64,000 bases of DNA from Chloroflexota bacterium (GTDB taxonomy: Bacteria > Chloroflexota > Anaerolineae > UBA7937 > B3-Chlor): NCBI GenBank assembly GCA_030603665.1, contig JAUVXJ010000006.1:54781-118780 (forward strand), read 5' to 3'. The position numbers were made by a program, and so were the translations under genes. A model generated the notes under the pieces. It searched no databases and was not told the origin of the DNA. It saw only the letters and a program-made list of their open reading frames with translations. Positions 29,367 through 37,734 of this stretch are shown here, in pieces (position 1 is the first letter of the stretch; the number at the start of each line of letters is the position of its first letter).

Positions 29367-30341
29367 TCATTTGGTGTTATGCTCCACAGTGATGACTACT
29401 TTGCCTTGGGCGTGTCCTTCTCCGTAATACCGGAAAGCTTCAGGGACCTCGCTCAACGGGTAACGTCTGTCTATTACAGACTTCACTTTGCCTGCTTCAA
29501 TAAGCTCCTTCATGAAGACTAGATCCTTCTGGTTTACGCTGTGGGACAATTGAACCACCTTCTTACTCCCGGTCATTGAAATCAATGGACCTCGGAACAG
29601 AGCACTCGCGGAAAATGCGCATGCAACATAAACCCCCTTGGGACTTAAAACACGCACATAATCTGAGACCGAGCGATTGGCCACAATGTCAAAAATCAGG
29701 TCATAACGCTGCTCACTTTGGGTGAAATCCTCTTGAGTGTAATCAATGACCTGGTCCGCACCAATCGATCGCACTAAGTCGACATTCCGCGTGCTGCACA
29801 CGCCAGCCACTTTAGCCCCGAACGATTTGGCGATCTGCACTGCAAACGTACCGTTACCCCCAGACGCACCATTAATCAAAATCCTCTGCCCTGGCTGAAT
29901 CTGTCCTTTGTCGCGAAGGCCCTGCAAGGCGGTGACTGCCGCTTGAGGTACAGCCGCTGCTTCCTCCCATGTCATATTGGCCGGTTTCGGGGCCAATGCA
30001 TATTCAGGAGCAGATACATATTCGGCAAAAGCTCCAAAACCATCGTCGCCCAGGTCCCCGAATACCTCATCACCTGGCTGAAACTGCTTTACGTTTCTGC
30101 CAACCGATTCAACCCGCCCCGCCACGTCACCTCCGGGTATCTTGTGTTTTGGGTTTAGAAGCCCTCCGCCCGCTAGGCGCACCAAGAACGGTTTGCCTCT
30201 CACGAGAGCCAGGTTAGCCCAGACTATCGATGCTGCGTGTATTCTTATCAGTACTTCGTTGTCTTTGGGAGTAGGTTCTTCTACCTCTTTGAGCTGAAGA
30301 ACATCCGGTGGTCCGTATTCTGTGTATACAATCCCTTTCAT
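29367..30341 (-). CDS. MDR family oxidoreductase, copy 13
   Basis: [31 protein letters not shown]. Confidence 0.9.
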   Translation of the reverse strand: MKGIVYTEYGPPDVLQLKEVEEPTPKDNEVLIRIHAASIVWANLALVRGKPFLVRLAGGGLLNPKHKIPGGDVAGRVESVGRNVKQFQPGDEVFGDLGDDGFGAFAEYVSAPEYALAPKPANMTWEEAAAVPQAAVTALQGLRDKGQIQPGQRILINGASGGNGTFAVQIAKSFGAKVAGVCSTRNVDLVRSIGADQVIDYTQEDFTQSEQRYDLIFDIVANRSVSDYVRVLSPKGVYVACAFSASALFRGPLISMTGSKKVVQLSHSVNQKDLVFMKELIEAGKVKSVIDRRYPLSEVPEAFRYYGEGHAQGKVVITVEHNTK

Positions 30342-30416
30342 GGGTTTCCTCCAAATTCACCCTGATCCGGTCATCTTACGTGTAGTTCACCACCACCTAA
30401 CCAGTAAGTCTGCAGA

Positions 30417-30443
30417 ACCTAGCGGCCCGCGCTGAGCGGCGCC
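30417..30443 (-). repeat. attC right half with variant GCT core
   Basis: GGCGCCGCTCAGCGCGGGCC GCTAGGT, followed by the conserved MDR leader. Confidence 0.65.
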
Positions 30444-30457
30444 TCTATCTCCCCGCT

Positions 30458-31099
30458 CTAGGGTGCGTCGTCAACCCAGGTGATCTCAGCCTCCGGTAGG
30501 TTCTTCGCCCGCCACATAAGGCACCGCTCTCCCAGTGCGCGAGCATGCTCGTAGTAATCGGGCTCTTGGCGGCGCTCGCCTTCATAGCGTACGTACGGCT
30601 CAAGCTTCGTCCACGCCTTTGATATCATCGGATTCATCCAGGGCATGACCATCTCTTCGGGAATCCAACCCGACTGTGTTAGGAACGCGACGCGGTCCAG
30701 CGAGTTGAGAACACGCTTGACATTGTCGCGCCCCTCAGGTGTAAGTGATGGAATGCCGCGTTCGGGATCTGGGGGCAAGTGCGCGTAGATCCACCGGCGG
30801 GCTTCGACGTTTTCCGGAGAATTCAGTTCAGCGAAAAGCCTATCTGCGATCTCGATATGTCGACTATTGGCAAGCTCGCCCAACTCACGGTATGCCACGA
30901 ATCCGGCTCCGAATACGGCCGCTGCGGCGACCGCAGTCGACACGGCCGCCATCATGTCCCAGAGATTCGATGAAATGCCTAAGGCCAGCAACAAGAGCCA
31001 CGCACCGACGATGGCACCAAAGAGCACAATGAGTCCAACTATGGTGACAGCGAGCATCATGAGCAACACCGGCACTCTTGGCCAGTCTACTTTGGGCAC
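30458..31099 (-). CDS. Hypothetical protein with two N-terminal TM helices (DUF4760-like)
   Basis: GTG start behind AGGAGGAG; 213 aa; VLNSLDRVAFL...W..L.PYV...R pattern. Confidence 0.6.
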   Translation of the reverse strand: MPKVDWPRVPVLLMMLAVTIVGLIVLFGAIVGAWLLLLALGISSNLWDMMAAVSTAVAAAAVFGAGFVAYRELGELANSRHIEIADRLFAELNSPENVEARRWIYAHLPPDPERGIPSLTPEGRDNVKRVLNSLDRVAFLTQSGWIPEEMVMPWMNPMISKAWTKLEPYVRYEGERRQEPDYYEHARALGERCLMWRAKNLPEAEITWVDDAP

Positions 31100-31605
31100 T
31101 CTGACTCCTCCTATAGAGCTCGCCCTACTCTCCCGATCCCGCAGGATGCACAGCGATGTGCTGACAGATCTGCAGCCACGGTCGGCGCACCGCGATCCGG
31201 AAGGAGAGGTAGCGAACTCTAGATTGATGCAATTCCAATAGCCACCCGCCTAGGTTCCCGTCCCCACATGCTATCAGAAACTAGATACTGTCAGATTGTC
31301 GAAACGGAACAGTGCGTGCTCGGGTTGCCACTACTTGCCGAGCAACAGTCTCATGTAGCCCGACGACCGGAGAACGACCTCAACTTCGCCTCTTGCCACT
31401 CTCACTCCGGAACCATCTCAGAAGTGAACAGCCGCTCGGCTTCACCAAAACGAGTCACAATCTCTGAAACGCGGCTCGCGAAGTTCATTCGTAAAGAGCA
31501 TTGTAGCACGGTACACAGCAGTTGGCAATGGCGGACGGGGGGCGGGCTAGCTGGTGGGCCGCTTCTGGTCCAGGAGGAGGAGCAGGGCGAGGGAGGCAGG
31601 CTCGT

Positions 31606-31647
31606 TGTCTGAATCAAGCTGCAGTACCGCGTTGAGGCAGCGGCGCT
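31606..31647 (+). repeat. 42-bp direct repeat, copy 1 (copy 2 at 37728-37769)
   Basis: TGTCTGAATCAAGCTGCAGTACCGCGT(T/G)GAGGCAGCGG(C/T)GCT, 40/42 identical. Confidence 0.85.
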
Positions 31648-31746
31648 CGTGGACACTCGTGAACGGCGCGTCCCTCTAGACCCGCGTCCAGCAGGCCCTC
31701 TATTGCCCCGGTGAGTCGCAATGCCTATCCCTCAACTAGAGAGCTA

Positions 31747-31775
31747 TTGAAGGGTCAAGTCAGATGTGCTATAAC
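31747..31775 (+). promoter_or_regulatory. Candidate sigma70 promoter
   Basis: TTGAAG-17 bp-TATAAC with an extended TG. Confidence 0.45.
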
Positions 31776-31849
31776 GGTATCAGCAAGAGGTGTTACCAAC
31801 CTCTGGGGCGGATGTTCTTAGACTAGGCGCAGACAGAATCGGTGTGCCC

Positions 31850-32029
31850 GACTCGAATATCCCTGCCGGTGGCTACATGGCGGAGGGTATCAGTGGGCAG
31901 AATACGATCATCATCCCCTCCAGGGATCTCGCCATCGTCAAGGTAGGCAACGCACAAGATAGAGCGACGGATCTGGTGAGCTTCCTCACACTGGTCCTTG
32001 ATGCGATTGAGGATGAGGACGAACCCTGA
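31850..32029 (+). pseudogene. C-terminal fragment of a beta-lactamase-family serine hydrolase
   Basis: IPAGGYMAEGISGQNTIIIPSRDLAIVKVG motif; the catalytic SxxK region is absent. Confidence 0.6.
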
Positions 32030-32060
32030 TTCGTCGTCAAGTTCCCATGAATAGAGAAGG

Positions 32061-33281
32061 ATGAATATGGATCAAGATAGTTCACAACCAACGGAGAAAT
32101 CCCGAGTACAGGCGGTAACCGGGAGAAATTCCCGCCTGTTCTTTATGGATCACTTGCGCGCTGCTCTGGTTATCCTCGTAGTGCTGCACCACCTTGCCCT
32201 CGTCTATGGAGGGATTCCGCCTTTCTATTACTTTGAACCCCCGTTTAACGATCCTCTCGCAGGACTGATGGCGTTAGTGTTCGTGCTCTTCAACCAGGCC
32301 TGGTTCATGGGAGCCCTCTTCTTGTTGGCGGGCTATTTCACGCCGGGATCATTTGATCGGAAGGGGCCAGGTTCCTTCCTTAAGGATCGGCTACTTCGTC
32401 TCGGCATTCCTCTCATCATATTCATATTCGTGCTCAGCCCGATCGCATCCATCGGTTACTTCCTGATGCCAGCTAGTCTGACCGGGATTACGGGCCCGCC
32501 AACCTGGCAAGAGTATCCCAACCTCATTGGCATTGGGCCTATGTGGTTCGTCGCGATGTTGCTCATCTTCAGCTTTGGTTATGCCGTATGGCGGACGCTG
32601 ACGAAGAACCGGACATCATCCTCGATGAGTGAACCTTCTTTGCCCAGCTACCTCCATATTGGCATCTTCATTCTGGCGTTGGCACTGGTGAGTTACCTGA
32701 TCCGGATCATTGTCCCGCTAGGCCAACCAGTTAGCCTGTTCGTGGATTTCCTCAGCTTTCCAACTATCGCCTACCTCCCGCAGTACCTCAGCTTCTTCGT
32801 ATTGGGTACCGTCGCATCCCGCCACGACTGGTTCCAAACGTTGCCCAACTCTATGGGCGTAGTAGGCTTTGTGATAGCGGCGGTAGCGGCAGTCGCGTTG
32901 TTTCCGATTGCGTTTATCAGCCTCCTAGTCTCGATAGAGAATGCCTCCCAGCAATTGCCCCCTTTCGGTTACGGGACATGGCAGTCTGCCGTATATGCGC
33001 TCTGGGACTCCATCTTCGCAGTCGGAATGTGCCTGGGCTTGATCCCACTCTTCCGCCGCTTCTTCAACGAGCGGGGAAGGTTCGGCAGGTTCCTGTCTCA
33101 ACATAGCTATGCTGTCTACATTATCCATATTCCAATCGTGGTCTTTCTTACGTTTGCGCTGAGGGGAATCGAGCTTGTGCCCTTGCTCAAATTCGGTATG
33201 GCGGCGGTTATCGTGGTCCCGACCTGCTTCGCCGTGGCCTACATACTCCGACGAATACCCGGTGTCTCGAGGATTCTCTAA
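32061..33281 (+). CDS. Acyltransferase 3 family membrane protein (OpgC/MdoC-like)
   Basis: FMDHLRA..LVVLHH, FNQAWFMGALFLLAGYF, DRLLRLG, GPMWF, SYAVYIIH. Confidence 0.88.
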   Translation: MNMDQDSSQPTEKSRVQAVTGRNSRLFFMDHLRAALVILVVLHHLALVYGGIPPFYYFEPPFNDPLAGLMALVFVLFNQAWFMGALFLLAGYFTPGSFDRKGPGSFLKDRLLRLGIPLIIFIFVLSPIASIGYFLMPASLTGITGPPTWQEYPNLIGIGPMWFVAMLLIFSFGYAVWRTLTKNRTSSSMSEPSLPSYLHIGIFILALALVSYLIRIIVPLGQPVSLFVDFLSFPTIAYLPQYLSFFVLGTVASRHDWFQTLPNSMGVVGFVIAAVAAVALFPIAFISLLVSIENASQQLPPFGYGTWQSAVYALWDSIFAVGMCLGLIPLFRRFFNERGRFGRFLSQHSYAVYIIHIPIVVFLTFALRGIELVPLLKFGMAAVIVVPTCFAVAYILRRIPGVSRIL

Positions 33282-33399
33282 ACTAAGGGCCTGGACAGAA
33301 ATAACTTGACATTGGTGCCAGTTTGGCCAGCCATACGATCAACCGTCTCGACGGGGGTTTCGCGAGACAGGCGGGTCCGTTCTCTGGGTCGAGGTGGAG

Positions 33400-33440
33400 G
33401 ACCCCGTCGAGGCGGCGTCCGCTCCAGCGGATTGCTAGGC
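33400..33440 (-). repeat. attC left half with variant AGC inverse core
   Basis: GCCTAGC AATCCGCTGGAGCGGACGCCGCC, about 11 bp after the serine hydrolase stop. Confidence 0.6.
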
Positions 33441-33451
33441 GCGCCGTCTAA

Positions 33452-34582
33452 TCACGACGTCATCCCACCTAGGATGCTTACCACCTTGAGCATCAATCGG
33501 AAGGGACGCCCCTGGTTCTGCAGTTGATTAAGAGTGCCGCCTATATACAGTTGGCCGACATCGCTGTGGAACAAGAATGCATTAGAGGCACCCGCATGTC
33601 CGATCAATTCGGCCGTTGGAGATAAGGGAGAGAACAGTCTCGGCAGCTTGAACCGCATCAATCCAAGTCCGTATTGCAGAGGGAAGGATAATCTCTTCCA
33701 GTTCTTCATCCGCTCCAATGTGGAAAGCTCCTCAAACAACTTCCCTTCCATCAAGTTCCTGAGAAACCTCAGGCTATCCTCCACATCTGAAACGATGCCA
33801 CCGTCAGGTCCAAAGGATCTCATCGCTTTGTCAAGGTAGAGAGGCTTTTCCTTGTAATAGATGTTCGCGGGAGAGCCTTCCTCAGGCGCCTCCGGTTTTC
33901 CGTGGCCGTATAGATATGTTGAGGAAAGCTTCAAGGGTTCGATGATGAGTTCATCGAACACCTCATGAAGGGGCTTCTCGGTCACCGATTCGATAATAGC
34001 TCCCAACAGCTGGTAGTTGGTATCGGAGTAATGTGCCTTCTTGCCAGACGTCTCCTGCCCCCTCGGTTCCGGCGGGAACTTCGGAGAGAGGCGACTCTTC
34101 GCCATGTCCACGACTGCTTCCACGTCCCACTCCTCATCGCTCCCCGCAACAATGAGGTCAAACATGCTCTTCCCACCTCTTGGTCTTGCCAAGAAATAGT
34201 CTGGCAACCCAGATGTTTGGCTTATCAAATGGTAGATCCTCAGTAGATCGCTGTAGTCACGGCCTTTGTAACGATGCAAACCTTCTACCAGCGAGCTTGG
34301 CAGGAACTTTGAGATGGGGTTATCCAAGGTTAGGAGTCCACGTTCCTCAAGGATCAACGTGGCCGCGGCGGTATACATCTTGGTAATGCTTGCAATGAAG
34401 ATCGGGGTATCGACCTTCATCACGTCACCCTTGTCTGCATGTGCAGTTCCGGCGGCTACTGACCAGTAGAAATCACCGTTCTTGGTCGCAACACCCAGGA
34501 CTGCACTGAAGACGTCCTTGCTCTTTCTTACCAACGCGTCGATCTCGCTCTGCAGCTTGTATCCGATAGCTGTGTGGTCCAT
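33452..34582 (-). CDS. Serine hydrolase, beta-lactamase/AmpC-like family
   Basis: IASITK (SxxK), YSDTNY, YGLG, GHAG motifs. Confidence 0.88.
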   Translation of the reverse strand: MDHTAIGYKLQSEIDALVRKSKDVFSAVLGVATKNGDFYWSVAAGTAHADKGDVMKVDTPIFIASITKMYTAAATLILEERGLLTLDNPISKFLPSSLVEGLHRYKGRDYSDLLRIYHLISQTSGLPDYFLARPRGGKSMFDLIVAGSDEEWDVEAVVDMAKSRLSPKFPPEPRGQETSGKKAHYSDTNYQLLGAIIESVTEKPLHEVFDELIIEPLKLSSTYLYGHGKPEAPEEGSPANIYYKEKPLYLDKAMRSFGPDGGIVSDVEDSLRFLRNLMEGKLFEELSTLERMKNWKRLSFPLQYGLGLMRFKLPRLFSPLSPTAELIGHAGASNAFLFHSDVGQLYIGGTLNQLQNQGRPFRLMLKVVSILGGMTS

Positions 34583-34839
34583 ACTGCGACCCTCGTTTTC
34601 TGTCGACAAGTCAGGAGCTCGCGCAGCTTTCGAGAATCCGGTTCGTGCGCCTCACCCATACCTCTACAATACTTTCCTGGATAGTGCCCACCACCGGGCG
34701 GTGCTGTGGGCCAGTAGCGGGGAGACGAGGAGGGTTCATTCGAGCCACAGGGGATTATAGCCCATCGACCCAGGCAGCTCATCCGTGATGAAGCCACAGT
34801 TGGCAGGGTGTGGCGTCGCCTCCGCATGTAGGGCCGGCG

Positions 34840-34911
34840 TGCCGAGCGAACAAACCATCCTGATCGAAGCCGCCGCCGCGGGCGCGAGTCGGCTGCACCC
34901 GCTTGTTAGCG
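34840..34911 (-). repeat. attC left part
   Basis: CGCTAAC AAGCGGGTGCAGCCGACTCGC...; no clear right arm. Confidence 0.6.
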
Positions 34912-35079
34912 GGCCCGCCTCCCCATGCAAGCACAATCCTCGGTTGCGGGCTTCTGCTGCTAGATCTCCGCGCAACTTGTCTCCCCACTCAATCTGCAAT
35001 GGAAACGCCATGTGCTGAGTCAGTGCCAGAGTGACACGCTGCAACCGGCCACAAGTCTTCATCCTTTACAAGATAGAAT

Positions 35080-36072
35080 TCACTCTTCAGATACCGCTTC
35101 GGATTCGGTAGTCTCGTGTTTTGGCTCTTGCATCTCCACGACGCGGCGATGAGGGGCCCGGTTGACGTGTAGTTGAAACACATCCGGCCGGGAATAATGC
35201 CCGGCCACGTCGCAACCGGCCTTAGCGGCAAAGATCTTCTCTTCTGAACAATCGGCGACGAGAATCTGCTCACCTTCCGCCGGTCCGGCGATGATTTCGC
35301 CCCGCGGATCGATGATGCTGCTCTCGCCGGGATACCCCCTGGCCACCCTCTTGGCCACCTCGCCGGTCTGCTCCTCTACCACTCTCCTGGCCACGCCGGT
35401 TACGTGCCCTGGCGCAAGAATGGCGCCCACATCGATCACATAAGCGGCGGCCTGAGAAGCGAAGGCCCGAGACAGAATCGAATGGCGGGACGCATTCGTT
35501 CCCGGCCAGGCCGCAATGTGGATCTGCGTGCCCTGGTCCATGAGTGTGTAGCCGGGCAGGACCATGTTGTGCTCCCAGCAGTTGAGGCCGCTGATCCGGC
35601 CGTAGGGCCGCTCATAGACCACCAGACTGCTGCCGTCCCCTTCGCCCCACGCGGTGCGTTCCCGGTCAGTGGGTTTGAGCTTGCGGTGGCGGCCCAGGAT
35701 CGCGCCATCGTTTCCGATGAAGAGCAACGTGCAGTAAACCGTGCCGCGAGAACGGGCGTCCCGCTCCGCCACGCCGATGACCACATCGATGTTGGCCCGG
35801 CGGACCGCGTCGCACAACTGCTCGGTGGTGGGACTGGGGATATCCACGGCGTTGGCCAGGTATTCGGGGGCCACTGCCTCAACGGTGGCACGCGCCCCCC
35901 AGACGTGGAACGGATAGCCGGGCAGCCAGCACTCGCCGAACGCGGCCAGGGTCGCCCTCTTTGCGCCCGCCTCCTGAATAAGTTTACACGCCTTTTCTGT
36001 TGATGCCTCCCGGTCGAAGTAGACTGGCGCGGCCTGTACCGCCGCCAGTTTGAATTGAGAATAAGCTGTCAT
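35080..36072 (-). CDS. Nitrilase (carbon-nitrogen hydrolase family); first cassette behind the candidate attI
   Basis: E-K-C triad contexts FGECWLPGYP, RHRKLKPT..ER, GLNCWEH; DVAGHYSRPDVF. Confidence 0.9.
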   Translation of the reverse strand: MTAYSQFKLAAVQAAPVYFDREASTEKACKLIQEAGAKRATLAAFGECWLPGYPFHVWGARATVEAVAPEYLANAVDIPSPTTEQLCDAVRRANIDVVIGVAERDARSRGTVYCTLLFIGNDGAILGRHRKLKPTDRERTAWGEGDGSSLVVYERPYGRISGLNCWEHNMVLPGYTLMDQGTQIHIAAWPGTNASRHSILSRAFASQAAAYVIDVGAILAPGHVTGVARRVVEEQTGEVAKRVARGYPGESSIIDPRGEIIAGPAEGEQILVADCSEEKIFAAKAGCDVAGHYSRPDVFQLHVNRAPHRRVVEMQEPKHETTESEAVSEE

Positions 36073-36112
36073 ACCTGCTAACCTCCCTAGAGTGCCAGTT
36101 TAGTGCAAGGCC

Positions 36113-36148
36113 GCCTAACATATACTTATGCAGTACTCTTCTGCATAA
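36113..36148 (-). promoter_or_regulatory. Candidate attI recombination site
   Basis: Minus strand TTATGCAG-AAGAGTA-CT GCATAAG-TATAT-GTTAGGC: degenerate L box, 5-bp spacer and perfect R box, plus an extra inverted box; no attC stem upstream. Confidence 0.6.
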
Positions 36149-36279
36149 TGTCCCCCACCCGGCCTTCTTGCGCAACCACCGGGATGAATCATCTTACAAT
36201 CGCCCCCAAGTACGGCTTCCGCGCCAGCCATTTCAAGCTCATCAGTTTGAGGGTTCCTCAGGCGGCGCGGCCACCCGAT

Positions 36280-36308
36280 TTGACACAAGGGCCATTTTCG
36301 GGTATAAT
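36280..36308 (+). promoter_or_regulatory. Consensus sigma70 promoter of the DEAD-box helicase gene
   Basis: TTGACA-17 bp-TATAAT, a perfect match. Confidence 0.8.
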
Positions 36309-36346
36309 GTTTGACGTTGGTCAAGTTAATCGGTTTGGCGTCTATT

Positions 36347-36383
36347 ACCGTTCCGATTCACCCAATCGGAGCGGTGTTTTTAT
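36347..36383 (+). terminator. Terminator-like hairpin within the helicase 5' leader
   Basis: ACCGTTCCGATT/AATCGGAGCGGT 12-bp stem (one G-U pair) followed by GTTTTTAT. Confidence 0.55.
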
Positions 36384-36474
36384 GCCAGTCTGGACCAATT
36401 CACAGGTATCCTAACTCAATCTATCGCAGAGTCAAGAGTGCGACTTGGCTCAATGCAGTCAAGGAGCACTGAAC

Positions 36475-37734
36475 TTGAATTTCGAACAATTCTCACTTGA
36501 TCCGCGCATCAACGCCGGCATCAAGGCACTTGGATACACCACGCCCACCCCAATTCAGCAGCAGGCGATCGGCGTCGTGCTGGAAGGGCGCGACGTGCTG
36601 GGGACAGCCCAAACCGGCACGGGGAAAACCGCGGCCTTTGTCCTGCCCATTCTCCAGCGCTTGACCACAGGCCCATTGGGTCACGTGCGTGCCCTCATCG
36701 TGGCGCCCACACGCGAGCTTGCCGAACAGATCCGGCAGGCGAGTGTGGATCTGGGCCAGAAAACGCGAGTTCGCAGCGTCGCCGTCTATGGCGGCGTCAG
36801 CAGGGGGCGTCAGGTTGAGGCCTTGAGGCGCGGCACAGAGATCGTCGTCGCCTGCCCGGGCCGCTTGCTTGACCTGGCTGGCGACCGTAGCATTGACCTG
36901 TCGCACGTCGAGGTGTTGGTCTTGGACGAAGCTGATCGCATGTGCGACATGGGATTCCTGCCCGACATTCGTCGCATTCTGAAGCTCGTGCCGGCGCGAC
37001 GTCAGACGCTGTTCTTCTCGGCCACAATGCCCGAGGGTATCCGCGACCTGGCCGACAGCATTCTCAAGGACCCCGTCACCGTGCAGATCGGCGCGATTGC
37101 CCCGGCCAAGACCGTTTCCCACACTCTTTATCCCGTATCGCAAGGCCTCAAGAAGACGCTGCTGCTGGCTACCCTGGAACAGACGGCTACGGGCCGCGTA
37201 CTAATCTTTACCCGGACCAAGTACCGCGCCCGCAACCTGGCCCGCGACCTGGGAAAACGGAGGTATCGCGTTGCGGCGCTGCAAGGCAACATGTCGCAGA
37301 ATCGGCGCCAGCAGTCGATCAATGGTTTTCGGGACGGCAAGTACGACATTCTCGTCGCCACCGACGTTGCTTCGCGCGGCATCGATGTTTCAGATATCTC
37401 GCACGTGATCAACTTTGATATGCCGGACACCGTGGACGCCTACACGCACCGCATCGGGCGCACCGGCCGCGTCTACAAGACCGGTGAAGCCTTCACCTTC
37501 GTGACTCACGGCGATGAGCCGCTGGTTCGCCAGATCGAAAAGGTGCTGGGCAAACAGATCGAACGGCGGCGCTTGCCCGGCTTCAACTATGGCGGCCTTG
37601 CACAGGAACGCCAGTCGCGAGGGAACCGCCCGAACCACGCGCAAAAGACACGATCAAACCACAAGCACAACCGACACCACAGTAGCCGCTACCCTCAGCG
37701 GCAGAATCCAAAGAACACCGCTGGTTCTGTCTGA
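36475..37734 (+). CDS. DEAD-box RNA helicase (RhlE-like)
   Basis: Q motif PTPIQ, AQTGTGKT, PTRELA, DEAD, SAT, YTHRIGRTGR and a basic tail; TTG start behind AAGGAG. Confidence 0.93.
   Translation: MNFEQFSLDPRINAGIKALGYTTPTPIQQQAIGVVLEGRDVLGTAQTGTGKTAAFVLPILQRLTTGPLGHVRALIVAPTRELAEQIRQASVDLGQKTRVRSVAVYGGVSRGRQVEALRRGTEIVVACPGRLLDLAGDRSIDLSHVEVLVLDEADRMCDMGFLPDIRRILKLVPARRQTLFFSATMPEGIRDLADSILKDPVTVQIGAIAPAKTVSHTLYPVSQGLKKTLLLATLEQTATGRVLIFTRTKYRARNLARDLGKRRYRVAALQGNMSQNRRQQSINGFRDGKYDILVATDVASRGIDVSDISHVINFDMPDTVDAYTHRIGRTGRVYKTGEAFTFVTHGDEPLVRQIEKVLGKQIERRRLPGFNYGGLAQERQSRGNRPNHAQKTRSNHKHNRHHSSRYPQRQNPKNTAGSV

Larger units (their letters stand above)
7941..36148 (-). mobile_element. Integron-like cassette array with no integrase in the window (CALIN-like), heavily rearranged
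   Basis: Co-oriented genes separated by RYYYAAC...GTTRRRY imperfect palindromes; stop codons overlap the RYYTAAC box; candidate attI at the upstream end; lower GC than the flanks by eye. Confidence 0.8.

Noticed and set aside
7965-30341. Calling the paralogues zinc-dependent alcohol dehydrogenases
   Set aside because: The structural-zinc four-Cys lobe is absent and the catalytic Cys/GHE set is not conserved (GHE occurs at that position in only one copy), so they fit the zinc-independent MDR branch.
7941-30443. CRISPR array or diversity-generating retroelement as the explanation for the repeats
   Set aside because: The repeats are gene-sized paralogues and variable palindromes, not constant repeats with short unique spacers. 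No cas or reverse transcriptase gene is visible, and no adenine-specific template/variable repeat pair was noticed.
36103-36414. 103-aa plus-strand ORF beside the candidate attI as an integrase remnant
   Set aside because: No tyrosine-recombinase motifs; it overlaps the helicase promoter and leader.
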